Shown here piece by piece: positions 13,801-26,485 of a stretch of DNA of 53,067 nucleotides. Position 1 is the first letter of the stretch, and each line of letters starts with the position of its first letter. Made by a program: the position numbers and the translations under genes. The DNA is taken from positions 18,921,840 through 18,974,906 of the forward strand of contig NC_069006.1 of the NCBI RefSeq assembly GCF_001194135.2, given 5' to 3'. The stretch comes from Octopus bimaculoides (taxonomy: Eukaryota). The notes under the pieces are model-generated. The model worked only from the letters and a program-made list of their open reading frames with translations, searched no databases and was not told where the DNA came from.

Positions 13801-16141
13801 GAACCCGGAACCATGTGGTTGGTAAGCAAGCTACTTACCACACAGCCACTCCTGCGCCTGTTTGTACAAAAAATATTAAAAGATTTTTTTAACTAAAAAG
13901 ATGGGTTCAGAGTTGGAATGCTTATCATAAGTCTGCTCCATCTGACCAGGTTAGAAAGCAACATCAGCAACATAACATGCTACACATTATGTGCTCACAA
14001 CCATCTAATACTCCATACATAACCTCATTACTATACAACACTCAACATGCTATCTGATGATGCATACAGTACGTTTGTATGTAAACGACTTCGAGCTAAA
14101 TAACTGGGCTGGTAACTTTGTTTGTGGTTTCTTCCTGTGTCCTGATTCTGTTTGAGAAAATGATATAGTTACAGAGGCTGGTTGCTAACAACAATAAAAT
14201 TATTAAAGTGTAACAGTGTGACGTTAGTAAGCCGGTAGAGCTGACCTAGTACATGGGACAGCAGTAATTTATCAATAGTACAAGTCACTGCATAGCAAAC
14301 CACTCCCACACAACAGCTGACATATAACTATCTCAGAAATGCAAGCAGAAAGGTGAGATCAGACATGGCTGTGTGGTAAGAAGCTTGTTTTCCAACCACA
14401 TGGTTCTGTGTTCAGTCCCACTGTGTTGACGTCTTGGGCAAATGTCTTATACTATAGACCTAGGCCACCCAGATATTTATGAGTATGTATATATATATAT
14501 ATATATATGAAGGCATGTAGATTAGCAGTTAGGGTATTCGGTTTACAATTGATAGGTCAGAAGCTTGACACTCAATAGTGCATTGTGTCCTTGAGCAAGA
14601 CACTTCATTTCACATTGCTCTAATTCGCTCAGCTGGCAAAAATGTGTAGTACCTGTATTTTGAAGGACCAGCCTTGTCACATTCTGTGTCACTCTGAATC
14701 TCCCTAAGAACTACGTTTCGCTACATATTGTTAGCAGGTAGATGAATCACTGTTGTCTCTAATGGTCAAGTGTCTATCATTGACAAGACCAAGGAAGGTT
14801 GAAACTACATGATTTGGTGGTCTTGGTGCTGGAAGTGGTGGGGGTTCATCTCCCTGCTAGCAATATAAACGAGAGTGCATTTTGCACCAGTGCCTGTTCT
14901 GACACTATTATTCTGTATATCACTGGCGGGGAGAGGAGTCACTGCTATCTCTAGTAGTCGAGCATCCATCACTGATGAGGCCAAGGAAGGTCAAAATCAT
15001 TATGTTCTGGTGATCTCAGCACTGGAGGTGATGGGGATTGATCTCGCCAGCAGTGAGATAAACAAGAGAACATTTTGCACCAAAACCAATATGAGAGTTT
15101 CTCATAGTAACTACCGTAGTATAGTTTGTCCTAACAAAACATCCACATTTAATTGATGATAAATATTATCTCTTAGCTAATACATGTTATAATCACCATC
15201 TCCACCAACATGTCACTTCCATGCCACGACAATCAAATCCACCTCAATCATAAGTACTACCATTACACTAAAACCATTGTTACTGCTAACACAATCCTCT
15301 GTTGTCAGTTAACGCTATGCTATCATCACATGGCTCATTTTCATTCATTTCCAAGCAACCCCCAATCACTCACAATCACAAGTCTATACAAGTATCGCTA
15401 CCGCACATATTGCACCCACATGCACACACACACACACATCAATGCACATGCTGTCTGATGCATTGCAAATTTACTTATACTCACATTCTCAGTTCATGTC
15501 CTACTTTCCCCTATACCACATATCTCCTTATTACTGCTACAATATTATGCACTAGCTGAAGCATTTCATGTTCAGTTACACTCATAATTCTCACTCTACA
15601 CTCCACATTTATTCATTGCTACACTCGAAAAAAAATCACACTACACATTTTCTTACTGCTACACTCATGATTCACACTCTACACTTCCTCATTGCCACAC
15701 TCACAAATCACACTACATATTTCCTCACTGCTACACTTTTAGCTCCTACTCTACACTACTACACTCATGACTCACATTCCACATTTCCTCAATGCCACAC
15801 TCACAAATTATGCTCTACACCAATGCTTCTCAAACTATCTGATGTAGTGTACTGGCAGTTTTTTTTTCCAATGTGCCAGGGACCAGTAATATTTCTTAAT
15901 AATATTAATTTATACTGAAAACAATATATGTAATGAATATAATAAAAGTTGACAATTTATTTTTATCTTATATTTATTTTGTAAGCATTTTATAAGCATT
16001 GTATAATGTTTCTTTCTTTTCTGGAAACTTGCTGCACACCGGCAGCTGATGGCTCACGGACTGGCACTGGTCCACGGACTGGCACCGGTCCACGGACCAC
16101 CACTTTGAGTAGCACATTTCATTACTGCTACACTCACAAAT

Positions 16142-16217
<76 letters not shown>

Positions 16218-19200
16218 GAAAGATTTCATGCTCAGCTGCACTCACAACATGCTCCATTCTACAGTAACTGAAACATTTCATGCTCAGCTTCACTCAGTAC
16301 TCGCATGGTACAGACGTCCTCATGATTATACCAGTCTGCCATAAAAATAAATAAACTGGCACTCCTTTGGTTATGATGATATGGGTTCCAGCTGATCCAA
16401 TCGACAGAGCAGTCTGCTCATAAAATTAACATTCTAGTGGCTGAGCACTCCACAGACATACATATCGTTAATGTATTTCTCAGGGAGATTCAGCATGATT
16501 CAGAAAGTGATAAGGCTGGTTCTTTGGAATACAGGCACAACTCATTTTCGGCAGCTGAGTGGACTGGAGCAATGTGAAATAAAGTGTCTTGCTCAAGGAC
16601 ACAACACGCCACCAGGAACTGAACCCACAACCTTACAATTATGAGCTGAATACCCTAACCACTAAGCCATGTGCCTTCAACAATCCCTCACCATCACATT
16701 ATGCAGCCTGTAGGTTAAAATGCATCTGTAAATATCAATAATTGAAAGACCCCCATTGATTCAACTTGAAGTTTATATAAAGGGTATGAGCCTGTGGAAT
16801 GCACATATACATACACCCATACGTCAAGATGCACACACAGGTATACACATACATGCATGAAGATACATCCACACATAAAGACACAGTCATACACAGACAC
16901 ATGCACACACACAAGAAAACAACACAAAGACACACTCATGCATATACAAATACATATGCATACACAGAGACACACACACATGCATACACAAATACATATG
17001 CATACACAAACGCTCATGCATGCAGAGACACACACACATGCATACACAGAGACACACACACATGCACACACAGACACATTCATGCATACACAGAGACACA
17101 AACACTCATATACAAAAACAAACAAAGCCATACACATATATGCACCAATTCACCCACCCACACACTCACATAAAGAAACACACACAAAGATATGCACATG
17201 TACATACACACATGCCCTAGTCAAACACATATATAAAGACAAGTCAGAAAATGCACCTACTTTTCCAGTCTTCATATTTCTTATGTACAAGCCTTCGTTT
17301 TCATCTAATGCAATGGATTCATTTGTTCTGATAATTTCAACTTCAACTGGTGGGACATAATCTATTGGACCACTAATCATCCATCGATCACCTGGTTTAC
17401 GGTTAACATTATTCTAGAAGAAAGAAAAAAAAAAAAAGAAAAACCCACATATTGTACTTTCATAATAGTTACTTCATGTTAAGGCAAAGGATGAATGACA
17501 AAGTAACTGGTCAATTGGAGACCCAGTTTTACTGAAAAAGTAAAATAGAGTTTTAATCACTAATAAACAATTAGATTTCCTTTAGCATTTATTACCTGAG
17601 GAATGATTTACTTAACATTCTAGTTGACCTTCAAATTGAAAGCATGAACAAAGACAGTTCCCTCTTTGCGCCCAGCAATTCTGAATAAGTAAAATGGAGC
17701 TTTAGTCATCAACCAATAGACAGATTTCCTCTCAATTCATATGGACATGCCCTCTCAATCATCCTACCAGGGCTTTACTCTCATTTGATGCAGCAGTTGT
17801 GAGCTGGAAGAAGCCTCAGAGCAAGCCCTGCACCAGACGGCTGGACATGATTGGTGAAGATCTCAAGGGGCTCAACATCACTTTGAAAGATGCAGAGGAG
17901 CTGGCACAGGACTGCCAGCGATGGAGAGCACTGGTAGACCTGGTCGGCTCTATGCATGATGTCATCTCTGGGACCACTAACCTGGGATGATCCCAACCCC
18001 ATCAAGCTAGAGCATGAAGCAGCAGCAGCAGCTAGCATTCATTACCAGAGGAATGATTTCTTCAACATTACAGTTGACCTTCAAATTGAAAGCATGAAAA
18101 AAGACAGTTCCCTACCTGCCCCCCAGTTATACTGAACAAGGAAAGTAGGATTTTAATCATCAACCAATAAACAATTAAATTTCCTTAAGCATTCATTACC
18201 AGAGGAAACTTTTTCTTAACATTCCAGTAGACCTTCAAATTGAAAACATGGAAATGATGTCTCCTCACATTGTACCCGGTCATAATGAACAAATAAAATG
18301 GAGTTTTAATCACAACTTGTAAACAACTGGATTTCTGTTAGCATTCATTACCAGAGAAATGATTTCTTTAACATTCCAGTTAACCTTCAAATTGAAAACA
18401 TAGAAAAAGATAGTTACTCACTTGAACCCATTTATACTGAACAAGTGAAATGGAGTTTTAATCACCAACTAATAACCAATTAGATTCCCTTAAGCATTCA
18501 TTACCAGTGGAACCATTTCCTTAACATTCTAGACCTTCAAATTGAATGTGTAAAGAATGACTCCTCTCACTAAACATGTATCTACTCTTATCTGTATATG
18601 CACACATACACATATAAGTTTCTATCGCTTGAGAGAAGTTTATTTGACAAACATTTCAGTGGGGATTATCCTGAGTGAACCAGCAACATATCTAGCCCTT
18701 CTCTACTTAATAACCTTGCAGATAAAAGTTGTTGTCCTGTCACTGAAGTGTATGAAGTCTTAAGGAAACAGAGCTAAGTACTAAGCACAGGTATGGCTGT
18801 GTGGTAAGATGCTTGCTTCCCAACTACATGGTTCCAGGTTCAGTCCCACTGCATCATACCTTGGGTTGACCAAAGACTTGTGAGTGGATTTAGCAGAAGG
18901 AAACTGAAAGTCCATCATATACATGTATGTCTGTGTGTTATTCTCTTCTTGCCTTGACATCACGATAGTCGTAAACAAATATCACTGCCATGTACATGGT
19001 GTCTTCATTTCCAATCTTCTGTGTAAATATGTAAGGCCATGAAGAAATATTACCTAACCCAGAAACAGGCAAGGGTTGGTGACAGGAAGTGCATCCAGCC
19101 GTAGAAAACCCACAACACAATTCCAATTGACTCATGCGAATATAGAAAAGCAGATGTTAAGCCTATGTTGAAGATGAAGTGAAGTCTCAAAGAAGCAATT

Positions 19201-22005
19201 AATACTTACAAGTGTATCAAGGAAATGTTCATTACAAGAACAAATAAGGGCTTGTCCCTCATGGAGCACATAATTGTCCTGTATACCGTCAGGAAGTAAT
19301 TCTCCAGGTAATAAGAAAAACGATTTTGGTCCCTGAAAATAAACATAATGTAGTCCTTAGATGGATACATACAAATTTAGATAACAAGGATACAGTACCA
19401 CTTTAACATGCAATCTACCTGGTCAATAACGCTTTAGTGTGCAGTCTGGCCCAAACCCTAATCCTAAACCTTAACCCAGATCAGGTCATTTCAGTGTAGA
19501 CTATAGATACTGCAGTAGACTGCATGTAGAATAGCACCAAAAATACTAGAGAGAGAATAAAAGTTTTTGAGATTTAAAATAGGATATAAGTGTTGTTAGT
19601 GCTTTAAAGTCAGATGAGGGTATAAATCAACATCTATAGTATTTCTGTGAAGAGCAGTGAACCTGTATTTTGATCTATTTCCTCCTCTTTAACCTTTTTG
19701 ATACAAACCCACCTGAAACTACCTCTGGCTCTGTAGTACAGATGTCTTGTTTTCAAAAGTTCTGAATTAAAATCTGCCACCAAACCTTAGTCACAATTTA
19801 TGTTCCTAACGCTAGCTTAATGATAACTAAGTTATTTACTAAATTCTTTATTATATTTAAAATTAATTGAACGAAACACAGAGCATCTCAATAAAAATAT
19901 GGTAACAAAAGGGTTAAGGTCTTTCAAGTCTTGGTTTGGTTTCCATGTCTGGAATTTCTGCTCTAAATTATCATTGTTGTCGTCATCATTGTAAATGCAC
20001 AAAGGGAGAATGATGTTTTCACATGAAACTGAAGTTTGTAGTCTCTGGACATCTTAACTTCTTTTTTTCATGTTTCGTTGTTTCCAATTAACTCTTTTGA
20101 TACCAACCCACCTGAAACTGCCTCTGTACTACAAATGTTTTGTTTTCAAAAGTTCTGAATTAAAATCTTCTGCCAAAACTTAATCGCAATTTATGTTCCT
20201 AACACTAGCTTAATGATAATCAAGTTATTTTACTAAATTCTTTGTTATATTTAAAATTGATTGAAAGAAACACAGAGCATCTCAATAGAAATATGGTAAC
20301 AAAAGGGTTAAATGTGATGTCAATATAATAATTTGTTTCCCTTTCTTTCCTCATCTTAGGATGTGATATTGACGCAATCATGCATTCAGTATTTTCTTCA
20401 ACTGTACTCAGTTGAAATTTGCCAGTGACTGAACTTGGAGCCTTTCTTGTACAAAACTAAGTTGACAGTTTTGACCAATGGTTCATTGTTTCAGTGCAAA
20501 ATAATGTCATTTTAAAGTGTTTAAGCATTAGACTTAAGTTCCAAATAATATCATATTGAATTTGGTAAAATAGAAAAGCACACAGCCCACTCTGTAAAGT
20601 GGTTGGCATTAGGAAGGGTATCCAGCTATAAAAACCTTGCCAGTGCTGGTGCCACATGAAAAGTACCCAGTCCGCTCTATAAAGTAGTTGGCATAAGGAA
20701 AGGCATCCAGTCAAAAACCATGCTAAAAACAGACAGTGGAGCTTAGTGTAGTCCTCTGGCTTTCCAGCTTCTGTCAAACCTTCCAACACATGCCAGCATG
20801 GATGAGTAATGTGAAATGATGATAATGATGAATAAAGTTCCAGCTTCAATAGACTCTCCCATGTCATGTTTTAAATTATAAACTCTACTGTGTCTAGTTT
20901 AATCCATAAATTCTTGGATAGGCCAAATCTACATGGAAGACTAAGCACGTCAACAAATAAAGCAATGTAGAATAAAATATTTGAGCTCACCTTTACTAAT
21001 TTCTTTTCACCCAGTTGGGGCTTTCCATTTGCATCAACAGGATTGACAACAACACAATAGTTGGAGTTAGTCAATGTGAGAATATCTTCAATACCAGTAA
21101 CCTAAAAAACACAATATCACACTGTTATAGGCATTTGATATCAATTTATCATTTAGCAACATTCTGAATGGGTCCTATCAAATTTGTTATGAATATTCAC
21201 AGGTCTATGGTTGATAAAGTCACAGTATCAACTAGACTATCAGATGTTATACATTACTAGTTACAATGTGTTTCCTCACATTGTTATAGCTTTCAAATGA
21301 TATCACTCTGCTAGATAGCTGGGCAGGTCAGTATTCCCTTGAGCAGAGTACCAATCCATCACATGGTTACCAATTTACAGTGGAGTAAATTGGAGCAACA
21401 TGAAATGAAGTGTTATGCTTATTTTATCAACTCTGAAAGGAAGAGAGACAAAGTCTGAATGTAAAAATGAATGAAATGCCACTAAGCATTTTTGGCATGC
21501 TAAAGATTCTACCAGCTTACCACCTTATTAATAACAACAACTACAATGATAATAATGGTTTCAAATTTTGGCACAAGGCCAGCAACTTCAGGGGAAGAAG
21601 TAAGTTGATTACATCGACCTAGCGCTAAACTGGTACTTATTTCATTGACCTCGAGAGGATAAAAGGCAAAGTCAACCTTGGCAGAATTTGAGATCAGAAC
21701 GTAAAGACAGATGAAATGCTGCTAAGCATTTTGTCTGATGTGGTACTGATTCTACCGGCTTGCTGCCTAATTAATAATAATAATAATCCTTTCTACTGAA
21801 GGCTCAAGGTCTTGAAATTTTGGGAGAGGAGACTAGTCGATTACATCGACCCCAGTGCTTCACTGGTATTTGATTTATCGACCATGAAAGGATGAAAGGC
21901 AAAGTCAACCTCAGCAGAATTTGAACTCAGTATGTAGCGGCATATGAAATACTGATAAGTATTTTGCCTGGCATGCTAATGGCTCTGCTAGCTCACCACC
22001 TTAGA

Positions 22006-22048
<43 letters not shown>

Positions 22049-25000
22049 TAATAATAATAATGATAATGATAATGGAAATAGAGATAACTCGAATGTGGAG
22101 TCTAAAAACAGAAACAATTCCTATCATAGTAGGTGCCTTAGGTATAATAAAAAAATATTCAGACAAATACATAACAAAAACACCAGGACTTACAAATATA
22201 TATAACACACAGAAAATTGCACTACTGGGTACTGCACACATCCTACACAAAACACTTTCAATACAGTAAACATAAGAGCACCACAGCAAACCACAGCACA
22301 TACCCAAGGCGCACAGAGCTGCGCTCGGTAGTGAAGTGAAANNNNNNNNNNNNNNNNNNNNNNNNNNNNNNNNNNNNNNNNNNNNNNNNNNNNNNNNNNN
22401 NNNNNNNNNNNNNNNNNNNNNNNNNNNNNNNNNNNNNNNNNNNNNNNNNNNNNNNNNNNNNNNNNNNNNNNNNGTGGGGGATAGTAGATTACATTGACCC
22501 CAGTACTCAAACAGTACTTAATTTATCAACTCCGAAAGGATGAAAGGCAAAGTCAACTTCAACGGAATTTGAACAAAGAATGTAAAGATGGACGAAATAC
22601 TGCTAAGCATTTTGTCCAGCATGGTAACGATTCTGCCTGCTCAGCAGTAATAAAAATAATAATCGTTTCAAATTTTGCCACAAGGGCAGCAGTTTGGGGG
22701 GGGGGGTGAATTGATTACATCAACCCCAGTGTTCAACAGGTATTTATTTTAATCAACCCTGAAAGGATGAAAGGCAAAGTTGACCTTGGTGGAATTTGAA
22801 CTCAGAACATAAAGACATACGAAATACTGCTATGCATTTCTGCCAGCTCACTGCAATGATGATGATGATGATGACTTGCAGCAGCAGTAGTAGTAATAAT
22901 AATGATAGTAGTTTCTTACATGGGCATGATAATAGTATAATAGTGACGCTTTATATATTAGTACTGAATATAAAATACATACCTCTTCGTAAACATCTGG
23001 GATATAGGATTTTGTGTCATTGATATTAATTAACCACTCTTCTCCGGCTTCCCGCAACTTATTAAAACGATCCTCAAAATTCTGCAGGGCTTTCACTTTC
23101 AGAGCAGTCTAGAAAATAAATAGGGAATCTCTTGTAAAGTGATGAAAGGAATTATGGAAATTTGTACATTAGATAATGCTTCAGCATGGCCAGAGTCAGT
23201 TACTAAAATCACTAAGAGAGTTATGGTTCATTTAAGATTTAAACCTATAGCATTTAAACTGGCTATAACAGGCCCAAACATTCTGTTTTATGTTCAAACC
23301 AGCCAGATCTGGCCTCTCACATTTACCCTACAATGTCATCCTAACAATGAACAATAACATCATTGAAACTTCAAAGCTCTGAAATAATACATGATAATAG
23401 ATTCAAAACAATGTGAATAAGCATTAGATTTGACAGATTAGTCTGAATGTTAAAGGTGATCCCTGAAATGAAGACTGAGGTTACTGTTATTGTTTTAGTT
23501 ACCAATTGTGCACCCCAATTTTTGAATAAATATACAGTGTTTTTATATGTTGTTGTTGTTGTTGGCACTCTGTCACTTACGACGTCGAGAGTTCCAGTTG
23601 ATCCGATCAACGGAACAGCCTGCTCATGAAATTAGCGTGCAAGTGGCTGAGCACTCCACAGACACGTGTAACCCTTAACGTAGTTCTCGGGGACATTCAG
23701 CGTGACACAGAGTGTGACAAGGCTGGCCCTTTGAATTACAGGCACAACAGAAACAGGAAGTAAGAGTGAGAGAAAGTTGTGGTGGAAGAGTACAGCAGGG
23801 TTCGCCACCATCCCCTGCCGGAGCCTCGTGAAACTTTTAGGTGTTTTCGCTCAATAAACACTCACAACGCCTGGTCTGGAAATCGAAACCGTGATCCTAT
23901 GACCGCGGGTCCGCTGCCTTAACCACTGGGCCATTGCACCTCCACTATATGTTGTAAGAAGTGACTAAAAGGGTGAGTGAATAGTAGAACATTTGGTCAT
24001 ATAACACACTGCTTGGGAAAAGCTGCTCAAACCATGCCTGCATGGAAAAGCAGGCATGAAATGCTGTTGATGATATGGCATGCTTTGTGAAAGATTATTT
24101 TAGATGCAAGCATGGTCATATGGTAAGAAGTCAGCTTCCCAACAATATGGTTTCAGGTTCATTCCCACTGTGTGGCACCTTGGGCAAGTACCTTTTACAA
24201 CAGTCTCAGGCCAACCAAAACCTTGTGAGTGGATTTGGTGGACAATAACTGAAAGAAGCCGGTGATATATATATCATTATCATCATCATCTATTTTCCAT
24301 GCCGGCATGGGCTGGATGATTTGACCAGAGCTGGCAACAAAGAGAGCAGCAGCAGGTCCCAGCCTGATTTGCCTTTAGTTTCTACAACTGGATGCTTTTT
24401 CTTATGCCAACCACTTTATGGTGTTTGTTGAGTGCTTTTAACATGTCACCAGCACAAGCGCTTTTACATGGCACCAGCACAGGGTTCATCATATATATGT
24501 GTATATACAAGTGTGTGTGTGTGTGTGTACATGTGTATATGTATATATATATATATATATATGTGTGAGCTGGTGTATGTTTGTCTCCTTGCCATATATA
24601 TATATATATATATATGCATATATATATATATATANNNNNNNNNNNNNNNNNNNNNNNNNNNNNNNNNNNNNNNNNNNNNNNNNNNNNNNNNNNNNNNNNN
24701 NNNNNNNNNNNNNNNNNNNNNNNNNNNNNNNNNNNNNNNNNNNNNNNNNNNNNNNNNNNNNNNNNNNNNNNNNNNNNNNNNNNNNNNNNNNNNNNNNNNN
24801 NNNNNNNNNNNNNATATATATATATATGCACAGATCTAGGTAAGGTTGTTTATGAAAGACCAGCAGTCGCCCATGCATACCAGCCTCACCTCTCCACACC
24901 ACCGATGTTATCCAAGGGAAAGGCAAAGCTGATACAGTTTGGCAACAGTGATGTCGCAACTCATTTCTACAGCTGAGTGAACTGAAGCACCATGAAATAA

Positions 25001-26416
25001 AATGTCTTGCTGAAGAACACACAACACAGACCCTGGTCCAGGAATTGAACTCACTACCTCATGATTGTGAGCCCGATGCTCTAACCACTGAGACATGTGC
25101 CTTCACTGAACTGGTAACAATCTTTTATTTATACACATCACTGCTTAAAATTGCCACCCCATAAAATAAAACAATGATTATGATGATGTTAATTGAAATC
25201 TTACCGTTTCAGTGAGAATATAAGCATCAATAGTTTTTACTACTTCCTCATAGGCCCTTGGTAGGTAAGCACCAGTTGTTTTGACTAACCATTCCTCCCC
25301 TGTCACTCGCTTTATACCATTACAATCGACACACTCTCTACGTGCCCTTAAACGGAGGGCTTGGTTTGGACGGATCACCTTGGCATTCACTGTTGTTAAG
25401 ACGGCGACCTCTTTCCTGGGTATGTAGGTACCTGTAAGACATTTTGGCAATGTTAGAAAGTATTTGTTTATGTAGTCAAGCAGATCAAAAACCAAAAAAA
25501 AAAAAAAAAAATTAAAATAAAAAGAAACAATAATATATAAACTCCAGGAGGACGTGAAATAATTATTTTTTGGAATGGATTTTGAAACAAAGTTATAAAA
25601 TAACAATGTGTAAATACCCTTTGAGTAGTAAAAGTTAAAGGTACCCACGACAGACATCCCACAACTGAACCAAAGCAAGCCTCTGAATTTCTCTATACCC
25701 ATTTTGGAAACCTTTTCCTTACCAGCAAGAATTTTATGTTGTAGTCATTTGTTTCAGTCATTTGACTGTGGCCATGCTGGGGTACCAACCCCAGGACTTT
25801 TTTTTTTTAACGCCTAGCACTTATTCTATTGCTGAACTGCTAAGTTACAAGGACATAAACACACCAACACTAGTTGTCAAGCAGTGGTGGAGGACAAACA
25901 CAGACACAAAGACATACACACAAATAGATATATACATATATATACAACAGGCTCCTTTTAGTTTCTATCTACCAAATCCACTCACAAGAATATGGTTGGT
26001 CTGAGGCAACAGTAGAAGATGGTGGTGGCAAGGGTTGTGCTGATGGCAGTAGTGATTGTAGTGGTAGTGGTGACTGTGGCTGTTACGGTGGTAGTGGTGG
26101 TGATTATAGTGGTAATGGCAGTGGTGGTGATGAATGATAACAAAGGTATTGGTAAATAAACAAACGTTAACTAGCAGTTAAAACAACAATAGTACCTGGT
26201 CCCAGAAACATCCATTCATCTCCTGCCAATCTTTTCGTATTGCTTTCATCAGTAAAATCAACGTTTGCCAACAACCTGAGACCAGAATCAGTCTTCACCA
26301 CTTGAAGGGCTGTCACGCTCTGATAGGAAGATAAAAAAGAGAGATATGGATATAATCGTATTTGCATGTCTGGTGGTAACTTGAAACTTTGAATAGCAAC
26401 AATGTGCTATTTCAGA

Positions 26417-26485
<69 letters not shown>

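Larger units (their letters stand above)
14721..15082 (+). mobile_element. Tandem 192-193 bp repeat (about 1.9 units), each unit carrying a hammerhead; retrozyme- or Penelope-pLTR-like
   Basis: Units 14747-14889 and 14939-15082 align along their length (tcactg..., ccaaggaagg, ataaac...cattttgcacca). Confidence 0.65.

Noticed and set aside
23860-23943. tRNA genes suggested by GGCCCAGTGGTTA and GTTTCGATT motifs (also 27345, 31503, 13800-13858)
   Set aside because: These are SINE heads followed by body, tail and TSD; no complete cloverleaf with an acceptor stem could be built.
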